Source of the DNA: Pseudogymnoascus verrucosus
Lineage: Eukaryota
Reading direction: 5' to 3' (one strand)
DNA: 58,791 nt
Assembly: GCA_001662655.1 (NCBI GenBank)
Contig: KV460216.1
The position numbers and the translations under genes were made by a program. Of this stretch, positions 37,429 through 51,077 are shown piece after piece. Positions within the stretch are counted from its first letter, which is position 1; each line of letters starts with the position of its first letter. The notes beneath the pieces were generated by a model that saw only the letters and a list, made by a program, of their open reading frames with translations, had not been told where the DNA came from and did no database searches.

Positions 37429-38921
37429 CTAACCCAGAATCCCATCCTGGCCCGCACCCTCGGCACCACTCTCGGCCCTCCCTGCAACCCGCATAGCCCT
37501 CCTCCTCGCATCCAAATAAATAACAAACTCTCCATACGTCTGTGGCACGATACTCAGCTCCCCAGGCACCTCGAACGTATAATTAAACTGCCCTGTCGGC
37601 CGCACCTCTCCGTGCTCCACACTTCGCACATGCGTGTCAACCCGAATCTGCACCCGCGTGCTGTCCCCGACCCCTGGCTCTGTGTACGCCACAACAGCGG
37701 ACATGTACAATACTGATCCTACTGGGACAGGATTGGCAAATGTCGACGGGTCAAGGGCGAGGAAGCGTGGGCGCGCGTGTGAGATGGCTGAGGTGCAGGT
37801 GAAGGCTAGTTCGAATGTGGATTTCAGGAGGAAACCACCAAAGATCATGAAGTTGTGCCTGTTGCGGTACTGGGGTTGCATGATCTGCACGGATTGGATT
37901 AGGGATGAGGACATGTAGTGAGCGTTGGCGGGTTTTTGCATCGCGCTGGTCGCATCTATAGAGTGTGAGTATGGTTCGTGGGATGGGGAGGAAGAGGGGT
38001 TACCTGAGTATTCGGATTGCTTGAGCCAGAGAGCATGAATGAGGTCTGATTCTTCGTCGTTGGGGGTTTGTTTACGGAGGGCAATTTTGGAGAGCTCCTT
38101 TTTGGCGTTATAGTTCTCTTCGCCTTCTTTGTAGAGCCTGTGCTCTTCATCGGTCACAAGTTTTAAGGGGCTGATGTTGACAGGCTTCTTGGTTGCCGGG
38201 TCCAGAGATACCTTGAACTGTTAGTATTGCGTAGATGCACTTGACAAGATGGCCCACCATAGTAAACGCGCAGGTCAAGAGGATATCCTCCTCTTTTGCC
38301 TCCTTCCCTTCTTCAGGCGCTTTCGCAACTTGAAGGGAGATCTCCATGCTACTCCTTCCCGTGGCAAAGGTCACCTGTCCGCTCAATTCGAGATCGCAGA
38401 TAGACGTTAGAGGGTGCTTCAGCGTGATACGGTCCACAGCCGCCGTTACCGTCATGACCGAGTCTCCGGTGTGCTTGTATGCCACCACGCCAGCAAGCGC
38501 ATCGAGATCCATAAAGATCGTCCCAAGCCTGATGTGGCCCGTGGCATTGATGTACGAATCAAGGAGCCACGGGTCACGCGCAAGAGGTAAGGTCTACAAC
38601 ACTGTCAATATAGTCGTGATGTAAATCCACCCCGTAATTACTCACCACTTTATGGAAACTCTCCGACATCCGTTTTGGGGTGGTGTCAATCGGCGCCTTG
38701 TCTCCCACAGGCGAACTTATTGGTGCTGATTGTTTACCCTCCTGCTGTTTCCGGAATGCCTCGATGAAGGGAGTCCGCGTCCTCATTGCCGTCAATTCCC
38801 CATACACACCATCTGTGGAGCATTTCGGGGTTGACGCAAAATAGCGCTGTTGACGCGGTGCGCAGCGTGTTGCTGTGCGAAGGGCCGCTCGCAAGGGCAA
38901 CTGTCTCAATTTGGTAGCCAT
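37429..38921 (-). CDS. Mitochondrial-type acyl-CoA thioesterase (double hot-dog fold, ACOT9-like), 4 exons
   Basis: Arg-rich presequence MATKLRQLPLRAALRTATR. Motifs MDLDALAGVVAYKH, VTAAVDRI, TGRSSMEI and QYRNRHNFMIFGGFLLK. Introns 38594-38645, 38212-38257 and 37956-38003. Confidence 0.88.
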
Positions 38922-39639
38922 GATGCCTGGCGAACTCAGTGAGATTATCTTTACAGTAGAGTAAATATTATCTCAAATGGTGGCTCCGTCCCGAAGTCTT
39001 CCTAGTAGGCGTATATCACGATAATCGCGGCTATTGACGCCAACTTTTAAGCCGAAATTATGCGAGCACGTGACACGGATAAATTTCGAATATCATAAAA
39101 TTAGAATGTTGTATTATTGGATCCGTACCCATTGGTATGTTGAAGATGAGAATTGGCAGGTAATTCTTCAAACAGCACCAGGATTAGTCAATTGGGCTGT
39201 CGTTCAATTAAGGTTTCAGGGGTGGTCGTTTGTTGACTCGGATGGAGATCGCCCCACATTTTTCTCTCATCAGCACAAGCGATTTTCAGGGGCACAGAAC
39301 GTCAGGCAGGAACAAAACCTGGGGAAGGAACGACCTTCAAAAAGAGCCGAGCTATGAAATACTCAAAAGACCCCTTCGGAGATTAGAATGGCTGGCGCTA
39401 CACCTTTCTCTATGGATATCTCACAATGGCGCGAAATGCCGTTGGTCTTGCTCGCTATTCACAAGTCATGATCACGTCTCGGTATCCCGAATTGTTCGGC
39501 GGCAGCAATGTTATTAAGGCGCTACCAACTAAACCGAGGCCTTCCCATCTATTATACAGAACAATAGGAATGAGAGGAGATGTGCCTCAAGGCCTACTCT
39601 AACCCACCGACCACCAGACCAAAACGTCCCGTTCACCTA

Positions 39640-40614
39640 TCAACGGCTTCTGATCAGCTCCGCCAGCGAAGTAAATATCGTCCTGCGCTTTGCCACTATA
39701 TCCGCCATCGCCTCCTTCGCCCCAGGAATCATAATCCCACCAACAGCGATGGTATCCTCGCCCGACAACAGCCCTTGGTATGCTTCTTCGGTGAATTTAT
39801 CCAGCGGCATTCCGAGGTTTCGGCCGACCTCAAGGCCCATATAGTCGTGAAGTTCGGCTACAGAAATCAGTGACTGTCGTCACGACAGAGACACATGAGG
39901 GGAACTCACTCTTCACAGCCGGAGCGACAATCTCGGTGACTTTGATCTGCGTATTACGCAACTGGTCCCTCAAACACATCGTAAACACATTCAGCGCCGA
40001 CTTCGAGGCGGAGTAACCCGGCAACTGCGCCGCAGGTACGATTGATATATGCGTCCCAGTGCTTCCACTTGTGTCAGCCAACAGCAGCAGCTCTGCGGAA
40101 TATCACCCCAACTCACAAGATAATCCCCGATGGGCCCTCCTTCGCGATCAGGAACGGCAGGAACGCGTGCGTCACGGCCACCAAGCTCGTGTAGTTCACC
40201 ATCGTCTCAGCGTTGAACACGTTCAGGTCCACGCTCTCTGGCTTCGAAAAGTCAAATGGTCGCTGCATTCCCGCGTTCAGGAAGAGGCAGTCGATATCCG
40301 GTGACGCCTCCGTGATGCTGCATCAGATCAGCTCTTGTTATCGACTTCAACGCGGTGAAACGGAGCATGCGTCCATAAACAAAATAGGGCCAATCTTACT
40401 GTTTCGCAAACCCAGGAATCTTATCCAGCTGTGTTATATCCAGCGCCGCACCGCGAGCAAGGCCGGGGTGCGCGTTCTCAAACTCCTCGAGGGCATCCTT
40501 GCGCCGCCCGACGGCTGTCACTTTCACGCCTTCGGCAATGAGTCGCTCCGCCATCGCCTTGCCGATACCAGATGTTGCTCCAATGAGGAGGACATGCTTA
40601 TATGGGAATGCCAT
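39640..40614 (-). CDS. Short-chain dehydrogenase/reductase, 4 exons
   Basis: IGATSGIG nucleotide-binding motif, LNAGMQ and catalytic YSASK. Introns 40318-40399, 40062-40116 and 39858-39909. Confidence 0.88.
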
Positions 40615-42694
40615 TTCTGCGAGTTGGTCGGCGAGTAAAAGTGGCCTGATTGTGATGGTTCGATGGCTACGACAGTTTTTACCAGGCGGTGTTTTCGAGT
40701 CAGAAATACGATATCAAGGCGCCTAAATGACAGTCGAATCCTCTGTCAATCTCAATATCTCGATAAGTCGTCTCTTGGCATGGATGCGTTCTTTTATACA
40801 CCATCAACGACCGTGCGGGGTTGCGTATCAACGTATCAAGTCAGACGGCGATTTCATTAACTCCGACCACTATCCACGGCCTGACACGACACAACCTCCG
40901 ACACCGATCGGCCTAATTAAACTCCAGGATTACTCCTTTTCCTCGTCTATACCTACACTTACCGACTCCACCGCACCAATCAGCATCAGCAGAGGCTACA
41001 GATATGAAATCCTCCTCCAGAAGGAGAAGAAATGCCATGTGGCTAGTTCTCATCGCAGCCAAAATAGCCGCGTGCCTGTGCGGGATGATCACCGCATCGG
41101 GCGCATGCGGCCGCACGCGGCCGCACGGTCCGCTATCTTACCCCTCCACCCCCACCATGACGTCCAGGAAGGGATTACCCCTCCTTCCCACTCCACAACT
41201 GCATACAGGAGGTACGCCGAAACATTCGCCGTGTGAGCCCACTTCATGAGCAGACCGCCGTGCCGCCTCATCATCACCAAAGACCATTAAGGTGGGGAAC
41301 CCACGCCGAGATTCGCGCCCCAGCAGAACCATTTTAGGACGCTCGTGGCGAGTCACCGAGGCAGACAGAGCGGCTATTTAAGACGCGTTATACCAGCAGC
41401 ACCGAGTGCATCACGGATTCTCAGGTAGTGACGTCTATTGCATAGCGTTCGCCAAAACGCCGACGAAAACTACGGCCACGGGATCAAGTACACCTGCAGG
41501 TCCAGTACGGCGCGTTTGTAACTAATCATATCGACAGTGGCACCGCGGTAACAGACGCTGTCGCTAGCAGAACCCTTCGGCGGCAGAACCTGTCGGTGAC
41601 AGAAGGCCGCCAACAACAGCAGCCTGAAACAGCAACAGCAACAACACCACCACGCAGTCTCCCTCAGCCCACCCTCAGCCCACCACAAACACACATTCCG
41701 CCAGGCCCAACCACCCAGTTCCCATATGTCTTCGACATATACCCCTGGTTAGGTCGCCCTTATTGATACGAGCATAGCGACACGCGGAAGCGGGGTATAT
41801 ACCCCTCCCTCCCCTCCCTCTCCCCCAAACAAGAGTGACTCCTTCCAAAACCCCCATTCCCACGCACCACCCCCACCCACCCGCGTCACCAACCTCCCCC
41901 GCATCCCCCAGCCACCATCCCCAAACCCCTCCCCCCCCAAAAAAAGAAGCTTCGCACCCCCCCACCCCCCCCCCCCAGCTCCCGGCCGCCTCCCGGTAAA
42001 AGTCGCCCCCGCTGCCAAGAAGGGGGAATGGAGTAAGTAAAGTTTCGACCCCTGCTTTTTTTTGCCCCCCCTTCCTCCCTAGTCGTCCTACGTGGGTTAT
42101 GCATGTACAACGAAGCTACTCATCTCATGTACTCTACCTACCCCTCCAGTTGACAAAGTCACCACGATCTGGGCATCCCCATGTCGCGCGACGTCCCTCC
42201 CTTCTTCACTCCACTCGACTGGCCTGGAAAAAGATCACATATGCATGCACAAGCAAGGGAACAGGAACACAAAAAGGGTCATTAGAAACCAAAAGTCTAT
42301 TACACTCTCGCGCTATATACAAGTATAAAAAATTCTCACAATCTATTGCACCCCCGCCGCCACCGCCGCCAAAAAAAACCCCGCTAGATGTCTATGCAAG
42401 ATATCATGTAATATATAATAAGATAAGAAAAGGAAAATGTGTGTGAATAGCGTGGCGCGGGCTTTTGGTGGAGCCGGATTCGCCAATGTGATGATGATGA
42501 TGTGTGTGAGAGAGACGTAGTAGTGTGGTATGTGACTTTTTTTTCTATGCTTTTGTCTATATTTTTACTTTCTTTTTTATCGCATCTTCACCCCACCCAG
42601 AGCCTTTCCTTTTTCATGATTTGACAAGAGCAGGTATCGGCAGTGGAGGGGTATGAAGAGAGGTATGCCGAGTAGGATCCACTGAGCGAACCGC

Positions 42695-45600
42695 TTACTC
42701 GTCATCCTCATCAAGGTTCTCGCTCTTGGCCTTGATGTTCCAGGTATCCCTCTCCTTGTCGTGCTCGAGCTCGATCTTGCTGAGATGGCTGATGATGTTC
42801 TCGATCTGCGTGTCCTGCACGCTGCGCGACTTACGGCCGAGGTTATCGAGCCACGACCAGTTGGTCAGCATGTAGTACACGATGGCGATGACGACGGTGA
42901 CGGCCATGGAGTACAGCCAGACACAGACGACGGTAACGACATCGGTCCATCCATCGCCGCGGAAGTGGGAGAAGTCGCCTGAGACGGACTCCTCGAGACC
43001 GCCAGACAACCAGCCGAAGATACAGAAGATGGTGGCGAGGGCGTCAACTCCGAGGATGGCGCCGACTAGTTGCCAGGATGGGAGGGTCTCGAAGCCACGG
43101 GTGATGAAGATGAGCCAGTTCTCGGTGAGGGAGACCTCGAGGAAGAGGATCTCCTGGACGGAACCGTAGCGTTGGATGATACCTCCGTTTGGCAGGAAGA
43201 GTGTGCCGCGGATGGCCCAGGTGCCGAGAGCGAGAAGAGAACCAAGGACGACGGAGATGACCCAGATCTTGGGCAATTGCCACTCGACAGGGCGCTTCTC
43301 GTAGTGAGCGTTATCGTAGGCGACGGCGATGGTAGCCAAATCAGCGAACAGGGCAATGAACACGATGAGCTCGGCGCGGATGGTCTCCTTGAGGATGATC
43401 ATCGAGGTGACGAGGTAGATCTCGAGATGCAGGCAGAGAGCGATACGGTACTGGATGTAGGCCTTCATGCGCTGGAAAATCTGGCGGGAGATCTTGATGG
43501 CGGAGACGATGGTGGACAGACCGGGGGCGAGGAAGACGATGTCAGCGGCGGCCTGGGCAGCCTCGGTGGCACCCTCGACGGCGATACCGCAGTCAGACTT
43601 CTTGAGAGATGGAGCATCGTTGACACCGTCACCAGTCATGGCAGTAAGATGGCCACGCTGTTGAAGCATCTCGACGACCTGGTACTTGTGCTCGGGGAAA
43701 ACCTCGGCGAATCCGTCGGCCTTCTCGCAAAGATCGTGCATGGTGCTGCCGGTGAGGCCACCGTTGACAAGTCTGTCGGAATCGTAAACCTTGGTGCCGA
43801 GCGCGAGCATGCGGCAAGTCTCCTTGGCGATAGCAAGAGCGTCACCAGTAAGCATCTTAACCTGGAGTCCGAGGTGCTGGGCATCGGCGATGGTCTGGGC
43901 GGTATCCTCACGGGGAGGGTCGAAGAGCGAAAGCATACCGAGCAGCTGCCAGTCACCCTCACCCTCCTTGACGGCAACACCGAGAGAACGGAAACCACGG
44001 TGGGCGAGCTCGAGGGACTTTGCGCGGTACTCGTCGGCGACAGCCTTGGAGCAGTTGGACATGGCGAGGATGGCCTTGGGGGCACCCTTGGCACAGGTGT
44101 AGATGACGCCGTTCTTCTCGCAGACGGTGGTGATACGCTTGGAGACGGGGTCGAAGGGAGTGAAAGAGTGGGTCTTCCATCCCTCCATGAGCATCTCCTT
44201 GGCCCTTGGGTAGCGCTTGAGGGTGACGATGGTGACCTTGTCGATGGGATCCAGGTGCTTGGTGTTGTGGGAAGAGGCCAGGGCAGCGACAGCCATCATC
44301 CAGTCGATGTCGACACCGTCAGCCACGTATGGCTCGCGGATGGACAGCTGGTTGGCAGTGAGGGTACCGGTCTTGTCAGAGCAGAGAATGTCAACACCAG
44401 CGAGGGACTCGATGGCAGTGAGCTTCTGAACGATAGCCTTCTCCTTGGCGAGGTACGCAGCACCGACGGCGAGGGTGGTGGTGGTAACAACTGGCAGACC
44501 GACGGGGACACCGACGATGAGCAGGATAAGAGCGTAATGGAGGAGGTTGTTGGACGAGTCCTCGGGGGTAGCGATCTTCAAGTGTCTGTAGAAACCACCG
44601 ATCCAGGCAGCGAGGATGAAGGCCATGACGAGAACCAAAAGAGTTCCTCCGATGCTGTTCATGATGGCCTTGAAGTGACCGGAATCCTGGGCACCAGAGA
44701 CAAGCATGGCGGTCTTTCCGACGAACGAGCCCTTGGCAGAGCAGGTGACGATAGCGTAGGCCTTGCCGCGCTTGCAGCCAGTGGTGTAGTAGCAGACATC
44801 GGTGACGTACTTCTCGACGGCGAGGGACTCTCCGGTCATGGAAGACTGATCAATAGCGACAAGAGCGTGGCCGCCGTGGGGCAGACCCTCCTCATCCTCG
44901 TCCTCAGGGTTGCCGCCCTTCTTGCCAGCGAGACCCTGTGCGCGCATCTCGGTTTGGTAGTTGGCGAATCCATCTTCCTTGTTATCGTAAGCGCAGATGA
45001 GACGGCAGTCACCGGGAACGACCGTTCCGTGGCCACCACCTTCGAGGATGACCTGTGGAAAGACTATTAGCGCGAGGTCCGCCAATTGAGTGAGTTGGGA
45101 ACGGGAATGCTTACAATATCTCCAGGGACGATTTCACGGGCGAGGATCTCCTGCTCAACACCGTCGCGGACGACGGTGGCCTTCATGGCGATATCACCCT
45201 TGAGCGAAGCGACGACATCGGCAGCCTGCTTCTCCTGGTACCAGCCGACGACGGCGTTGAGCAACAGAATAGCGATAATAACACCGAAATCAATCCAGGC
45301 ACGCAGACCAGCCGCGATGAGAACAGCGACTTCCATAACTGCAGAGAAAAACACGAGTTAGCACGTGATTTGAATCGCCACCGCCAATGGCAGAATATCT
45401 CGGCGAATGAGAATAAGCAATTGGAACGTACCATAGAGAACCGGGCCGCGGAAGAAGCCGACGAACTTGAGAAACATGTTCTCCTTGATATCAGCCAGCT
45501 CGTTGTAGCCGGTCTTGCGCCTTCTGCGCTCAACCTCCTCAGAGGTCAGACCCGTGGCGATGTCGGTCTCGAGCCACTCGGTGGGGATATCGATGGCGCC

Positions 45601-45822
45601 GCCGGGACCGAGCTCCTTGCGCCAGAAGGCGTACCAGGGACGCTTCTTCTCATCGTAATCCTCCTGCTCGTCGACGACGGCGGCAGCTCCCTTGGTGTCG
45701 CGGTAGGTAGAGATGTAGCGGACCAGGTTGCTGTACTCGTCGAGCTCGACTTCCTTCTCATTGTTGGCGATGCTCCGGCGGTCTTCCGCCTCGGCGTTTC
45801 CGACTTCGAGATCGCGCGCCAT
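42695..45822 (-). CDS. PMA1: Plasma-membrane H+-ATPase (P3A type), 3 exons
   Basis: ATG at 45822 (MARDLEVG). Motifs TGES, CSDKTGTLT (phospho-Asp), KGAP, MLTGD and TGDGVNDAPSLK. Introns 45339-45431 and 45053-45114. Confidence 0.96.
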
Positions 45823-47154
45823 TGCAGCGGATTCGGGGGGGGGGGAGGGGGGGAGAGTGGAGATTGGTGGTTGAATGTGATTTTCGCCCGTGGACAAGGA
45901 GAGGAAGGAGGAGAGAAGAATCCAGACGGAAGGGGGGATGAGGAAGTATTAATATATGGCGCAGGGAAAAGAAAAAAAAGACATTTTTAGTAGGACCGAC
46001 GAGCGACCACAACAGAAAGATGGGGACCAGGACGGGTAAGTCGGTGGTGCATCTGAGTGGACGAGAAGTGGATTCGTCTCAAGCCGGCGAAGGGAGGGAC
46101 CTGAATGGGAATTGGGGGATGGTGAGTGGTGGGAAGGAGGGGAGTGGAGGGGGAGAGGAGGGTGGGGGATCTTGGGGGTGAGGATGGACGAGGATGACCT
46201 GAAGATACATGACGATGAGGAGGGACGATCAGCCAAGACCGAGTACCAACAGGGTACCCCGCTACTGACTGATGGAAGGTTTTTTGGAGCGGAAAGAGAC
46301 TAAGAGCCTAAGAGACTAAGGAGCGGAAAGAGACTAAGGACCGGGTTGACCGGTGTGTGTACGGAGGGGGTGAGTGGACTAGAGTGAGTGGACTAGAGTG
46401 CCGTCACTCCCGATGACATTGCAGCGGCGGAAAGAGCGAGGGCCGGCGAGGGAAGGGAAGGGTGGGAGGAGCAGGGGCGGGCGAAGGAGGGACGAGGGAA
46501 TGTGGCACTAGTAATCCCTAGTAATTCCTAGTAATCACCCTAGTAATCCGTTAGTCGGTGGGATTAGTTGGGATTAGTTTCCGATAGCTGCGACTAGGTG
46601 GTACGTACCGGGAAATTGCAGGGAAGAAGGGAGGAGGCGACAGGGAAGGTACGATGGAGAAACGATGGGGAACAATGGAGAATGGGGAAGGGAGAAGGAA
46701 AAGGAAGGGAGGTAGGAGGCAAGAGAAGGAGGATGCCGGGAATTGAGGGATTAGCGCCGTGAACCCTCGCAATAGCACGTATGGTACACAACAGAGGCGG
46801 CGAGGATGGGCGGAGGGAGCGGAGAGAGGAGTGGAGGGAGCGCAGTGACCACAATGAGGACAGTACGGGCAGACAGTAGTACGGAGAGGACAGGAGAGGC
46901 ACTACAGACAGTACAGACGACACACCACCGACGATGGAAGTACTCTCTACTCTCGGCGTATCTGTGGGGGGCGAGGGCGATGGCGATGGCGATGGCGGCC
47001 GGAGCAGGAGCCGGAGCAGGAGAAACGAAGAGGGAAGAGCGAAGAGGGAAAGGGGAAGAGCGAAACGTACAGTACACCACGGACGGACAATAGCGAGAGT
47101 GCCGCCCGCGGAGAAGAAGAAGAGGACGAGGCGAGAAGAACGAGAAGACGCAGG

Positions 47155-47240
47155 GCGTGGGCGTGGACGTGGGAGTGCGAGTGGGAGTGCGAGTGCGAGT
47201 GCGAGGGCGAGGGCGAGTGCGAGGGCGAGGGCGAGGGGCA
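47155..47240. repeat. Hexamer microsatellite (GCGAGT/GCGAGG/GCGTGG) in the long H+-ATPase upstream region
   Basis: Run of gagtgc/gagggc units. Other short repeats lie nearby (CTAGTAAT x4 at about 46508-46548, CTCGA at about 47476-47497). Confidence 0.85.
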
Positions 47241-50200
47241 AAAGTCACGAGTAATGCGGGGCAGCGATGTCGTCGTGTGTGGTAGTCTGTGGTTATATCT
47301 GTGGTAGTTTGCAGTACGTACTCGATACATCAACAGCCAAACAGCCAAGGGGGCCAAGATAAGGGAAAGGAAGAACCACCCGAGCACGGCCGATTTGAGG
47401 AGGAAACCGACGGGGGGTTGGACCGGGGTGAGCACAAAACCAACCGGGGGGCGACGATGAAGAAGGAATTTTTGCACTCGACTCGACTCGACTCGACCAC
47501 GCCCCACCCGTACTACACCTACTGCGGCTAGACGGGACGGGTTTCAGGCACGTAACTAGCGCCGATTGCTGAGTACTGAGTACTCGGTACTTACTGACTG
47601 TACATACTCACTTACTTTTTACTCCAGGACTCAACGCATTCGTCTTTTACTGTCTGTACAGTCAGGTCAGTACTGCTGTGCTGTACTGTACAGTCACCCA
47701 CGCAACGAGTCAAGCCCGGCCCGGAGCACGTGAGCTAGGTCACCGCGAGCAGACGAACAGTGGTCTCACCACAGCAGTCTCACCACAGCACTCACTCATC
47801 CCTCTCCTCCGGTCGGTCGCTCGGTCAAAGGGTGGGGGACAGGCAGATTGCATGGTGGGGAAGAGATGGATGCTCGTTATTTCAGTGATAACGGTGATGG
47901 ACTGCACTGGCCCGATGGTCTGGCGATGAGAGAATGGGGGTGAGACGGCCGCGTGTGTGTGTCTGATTGACATCGTCCAAGGCTGACTGGCTGACTGACT
48001 GAGCGACTGCTGTACGGGATCGCGTGGTGAGGGCTTCGTGGGCTGCCGACGACTACTACTTCCAGTACGACTACCACCACCAACCACCACTACTACCATC
48101 GTGATTGCCATGTCCTTTTCTCTCCTGTCTTGGCCCGCCCGCCCACACTGCACTACCCACGATGAGCGCTCGCTGCACCATGCCCGCCATCCACCACGCT
48201 GCAGCCACCCGCGAAGGGGTCGATACTACACCTACACACTGCAAAAACTACACACAACAAAAGAAATCTACCCCGTCACTGGCCCCCGACCACTCGACAC
48301 CCCCCTCCCGATCAACACCCTCAAACCCCCTCCACCCCTCCATCCCCTCCATCGTGTAGTCACCGTGTAGTCATCACCGCCTCTTCCACCCTCTCCCACC
48401 CTCCCTCCCCTCCCCTCCCCCCGCCGCGCTGCCCGCCTGCCCAATCCGCGCGCCGCAGTGTCCTCCTCGGCGTGCTGGGCAATGTGTCGCCGTTTCCTGG
48501 GCAACGACCCCGATGCAGCAGGTCCAACGCGGCGGTGAGGGGGAGGGACCGCGCGATGAGTGATGCCATGCCTCTGCCCTGCCGTGCGAGTACGTACGAG
48601 GAACACAGTTTGTTTTGGCGACTGCCCCTCCTTCTCATCGTCCCCTTCGTTCCTTCCTCATCTCGTCATTTCCCCTCCACCGAGAGGACCTTGTCCTTCC
48701 CCTCCCCCTCCGCCGAGACTCTCCCCAGCCCTGCCCAGCCTCACACGCGCACACAGACACACGGACACGATCACGCACGATCACACTCGCAATATGGGCT
48801 CACACGCACTCAATTGCGCTCACCTCACCTCACCCTCACTCTCACACAGTCATCAAATCCCTCGCATGCATCACCCGCCCTCCACTGCCGCCCATCCCAC
48901 CGAGGGTGTACACTAATAGCGTCCCCCTTCCTCAACAAACCCCCAATCCGACCAACCGACTCCCCTCGCCAATCCAATCTTGACCCCCACACGAAGCCCT
49001 GCCCTGGTCTCTCCCCCACCAACAACGATCTCGCCTAGCCACGTCCATCCGATACCGCCATCCCCGTTACAGCCTAGCGCGTGCTATTTTGCCCGGCGTT
49101 GGCGACCCGCGCGAGGGATTTTCAGGGTACGGCGACGGGGATTAAATCGCGCATTTGCGGTGCGCTGCATTTGCTATTTGCCCATGGGCCTCGCGCCCTG
49201 TCTGGCCTGCCTCTGTTTACAGCACAACTGGCCGAGATGGGGGGTGAGCTATATGAGACGCGCTGCTGGGGTTGAGATGCCCTGTGCTTCTGGGACTTCT
49301 GGATGACTTGCATCGCTGTAGTCGCTGTACTCGCTGTACTCGCTGTACTCGCTGTACTGTCCGATCAATTAATTGACGTCCTGCGTCATGCACCTCGACA
49401 CACGGTGCCGCCGGCGCGACGTGCGAGATCGAGAACTCCGAGGGGGGACAGGTGGTCGTGTGCTCTGCGATGCCCTGTTGCTTGCATCCGGGGGGGGGTG
49501 TATGTATGGCGGCGCAAGAAATCTCTATACGGCCAATACGATCAATACGGCACACGGCACCTCTCAATCCCGTATCATCAAAACAAACGGCCGGAGTACT
49601 CTAGACCACACCACACCGTATAGTACTCTAACCGCCCATCCAGACCTTCATCCCTCATCCCTCCCCAATCCCTCCCCAATCCCATCACACCCTGACTCGT
49701 CCGCCCCCAGCCAGCCCAGGCCAGCCCAGGCTATCCATGAGTAAACAAAACAAAACCCAAGCGAAACGAAACGAAACGTCTCCCAAACCACACCCAAAAC
49801 TCCCTCAACCCCAACTCACCGTTCGCCTCGCCGTTTCTTCCGCAAATTTGTGGGGACGCCATGATGTCATCGCGGCACCCCCATTGAGCCCATTGAGGCA
49901 TTTCCGCCACCGCCATGTACTCCATCGTTGACTGCCGCGAACGACCACCACCGCCCCGCCACGCACTAGAACCCCCTTCCACTTCCAACCCCCCAAACAG
50001 ACGAAACAAACCCCAAAACTAACCCCAGGCACAGAAACCATCACCCAAAACGCATCAAAACACAGATTACTGTACAGGAACAACAAACGCTCCGACCCGC
50101 CGCCCTTGCCGACCTCGTCCTCCCAATCGTAGCCCCTACTTTCTTGTACTGTACCTACCCTGCTGCCCTTCAGTTCCGCTTACCCTCATTCTCACCTCAT

Positions 50201-50647
50201 CTCACCTCCCTCACTCACACTCATCGCGATGCCGCGCACCCCGCTCTCGGCGTTCGCTCGTCGCGCCACCCAGGCCGAGCACCGAGATGGCGACACCCCG
50301 CCCCCTTTCCTTGGCGGATGCGGCGGCATCCTGGACGTGCGGTGTGGGCTGAGTGTTGACGTCAGGGCGTGGTCTTGGGAGGCCGCCTCCGCGGAGGCTC
50401 CAGGGACCACGGAAGCAGGCACGTGGGCTGGAGCGGAATGCGGAATCGTGTCACGTGAGTGCTATTTGAAAATAAAACTGTCTCACTTGCAAGACGGCGA
50501 ATTTTAACAGCTCGTCACGTGCCTGGATTGATTTGTACTCGATGCGTGTCACGGGAATGTAGGGGACGACCGATCGGCACCTTCAATGCCCGTCCGGTCC
50601 GTATCTGGCACAGTACGGCAGTAACCCCGCGATCAACATCTACGCCA

Positions 50648-50855
50648 ATAAATATCATATCAACCCCGTGAGGATTCGTTATCTCCTGTCTTACTGCAAT
50701 ATCATTCTTCATCTTGGCGATATTGGTTGTGCCTTGGCATACTGCAACACCAACGGCGACAAATAAAATTTTCATCCTGTGAGAGCTGCTTATCTTTTGT
50801 CTTACTGCAATATCATTATTGATCTTGGCAGATAATTATTGGTTGTGCCTTGGCA
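50648..50855. repeat. ~111-bp tandem duplication in the aminotransferase promoter carrying PacC-type sites
   Basis: TTATC..TGTCTTACTGCAATATCATT..ATCTTGGC..TATTGGTTGTGCCTTGGCA occurs at 50679 and again at 50790. Confidence 0.85.
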
Positions 50856-51077
50856 AAATATATCATCTTTGTCACGGGGATTGTTTGTAGTCTGCCTTGC
50901 GTTGCAGATTGCTTGGCTCGGATTGTTTGCGTCTTGCCTCGGACATCCGTCGGATTGTGTCCGTACCCGTCTCAGATTGTTCGTCTCCTGTCCCACCAAT
51001 ACAATCTTAATACGACGTCTCGTAATAGAGACGCGGCCGATTGTTGAGAATAGACTTATCATTTATTGTGAGCAAAC

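Noticed and set aside
43070..45070. 666-aa plus-strand ORF, and similar antisense ORFs over rif1, ric8, the permease and the protease
   Set aside because: Shadow ORFs produced by strong C/G third-position bias in the real genes on the opposite strand.
46594..47507. Overlapping ORFs with LALALA/HSHSHS/RPRP runs
   Set aside because: Translations of a hexamer microsatellite.
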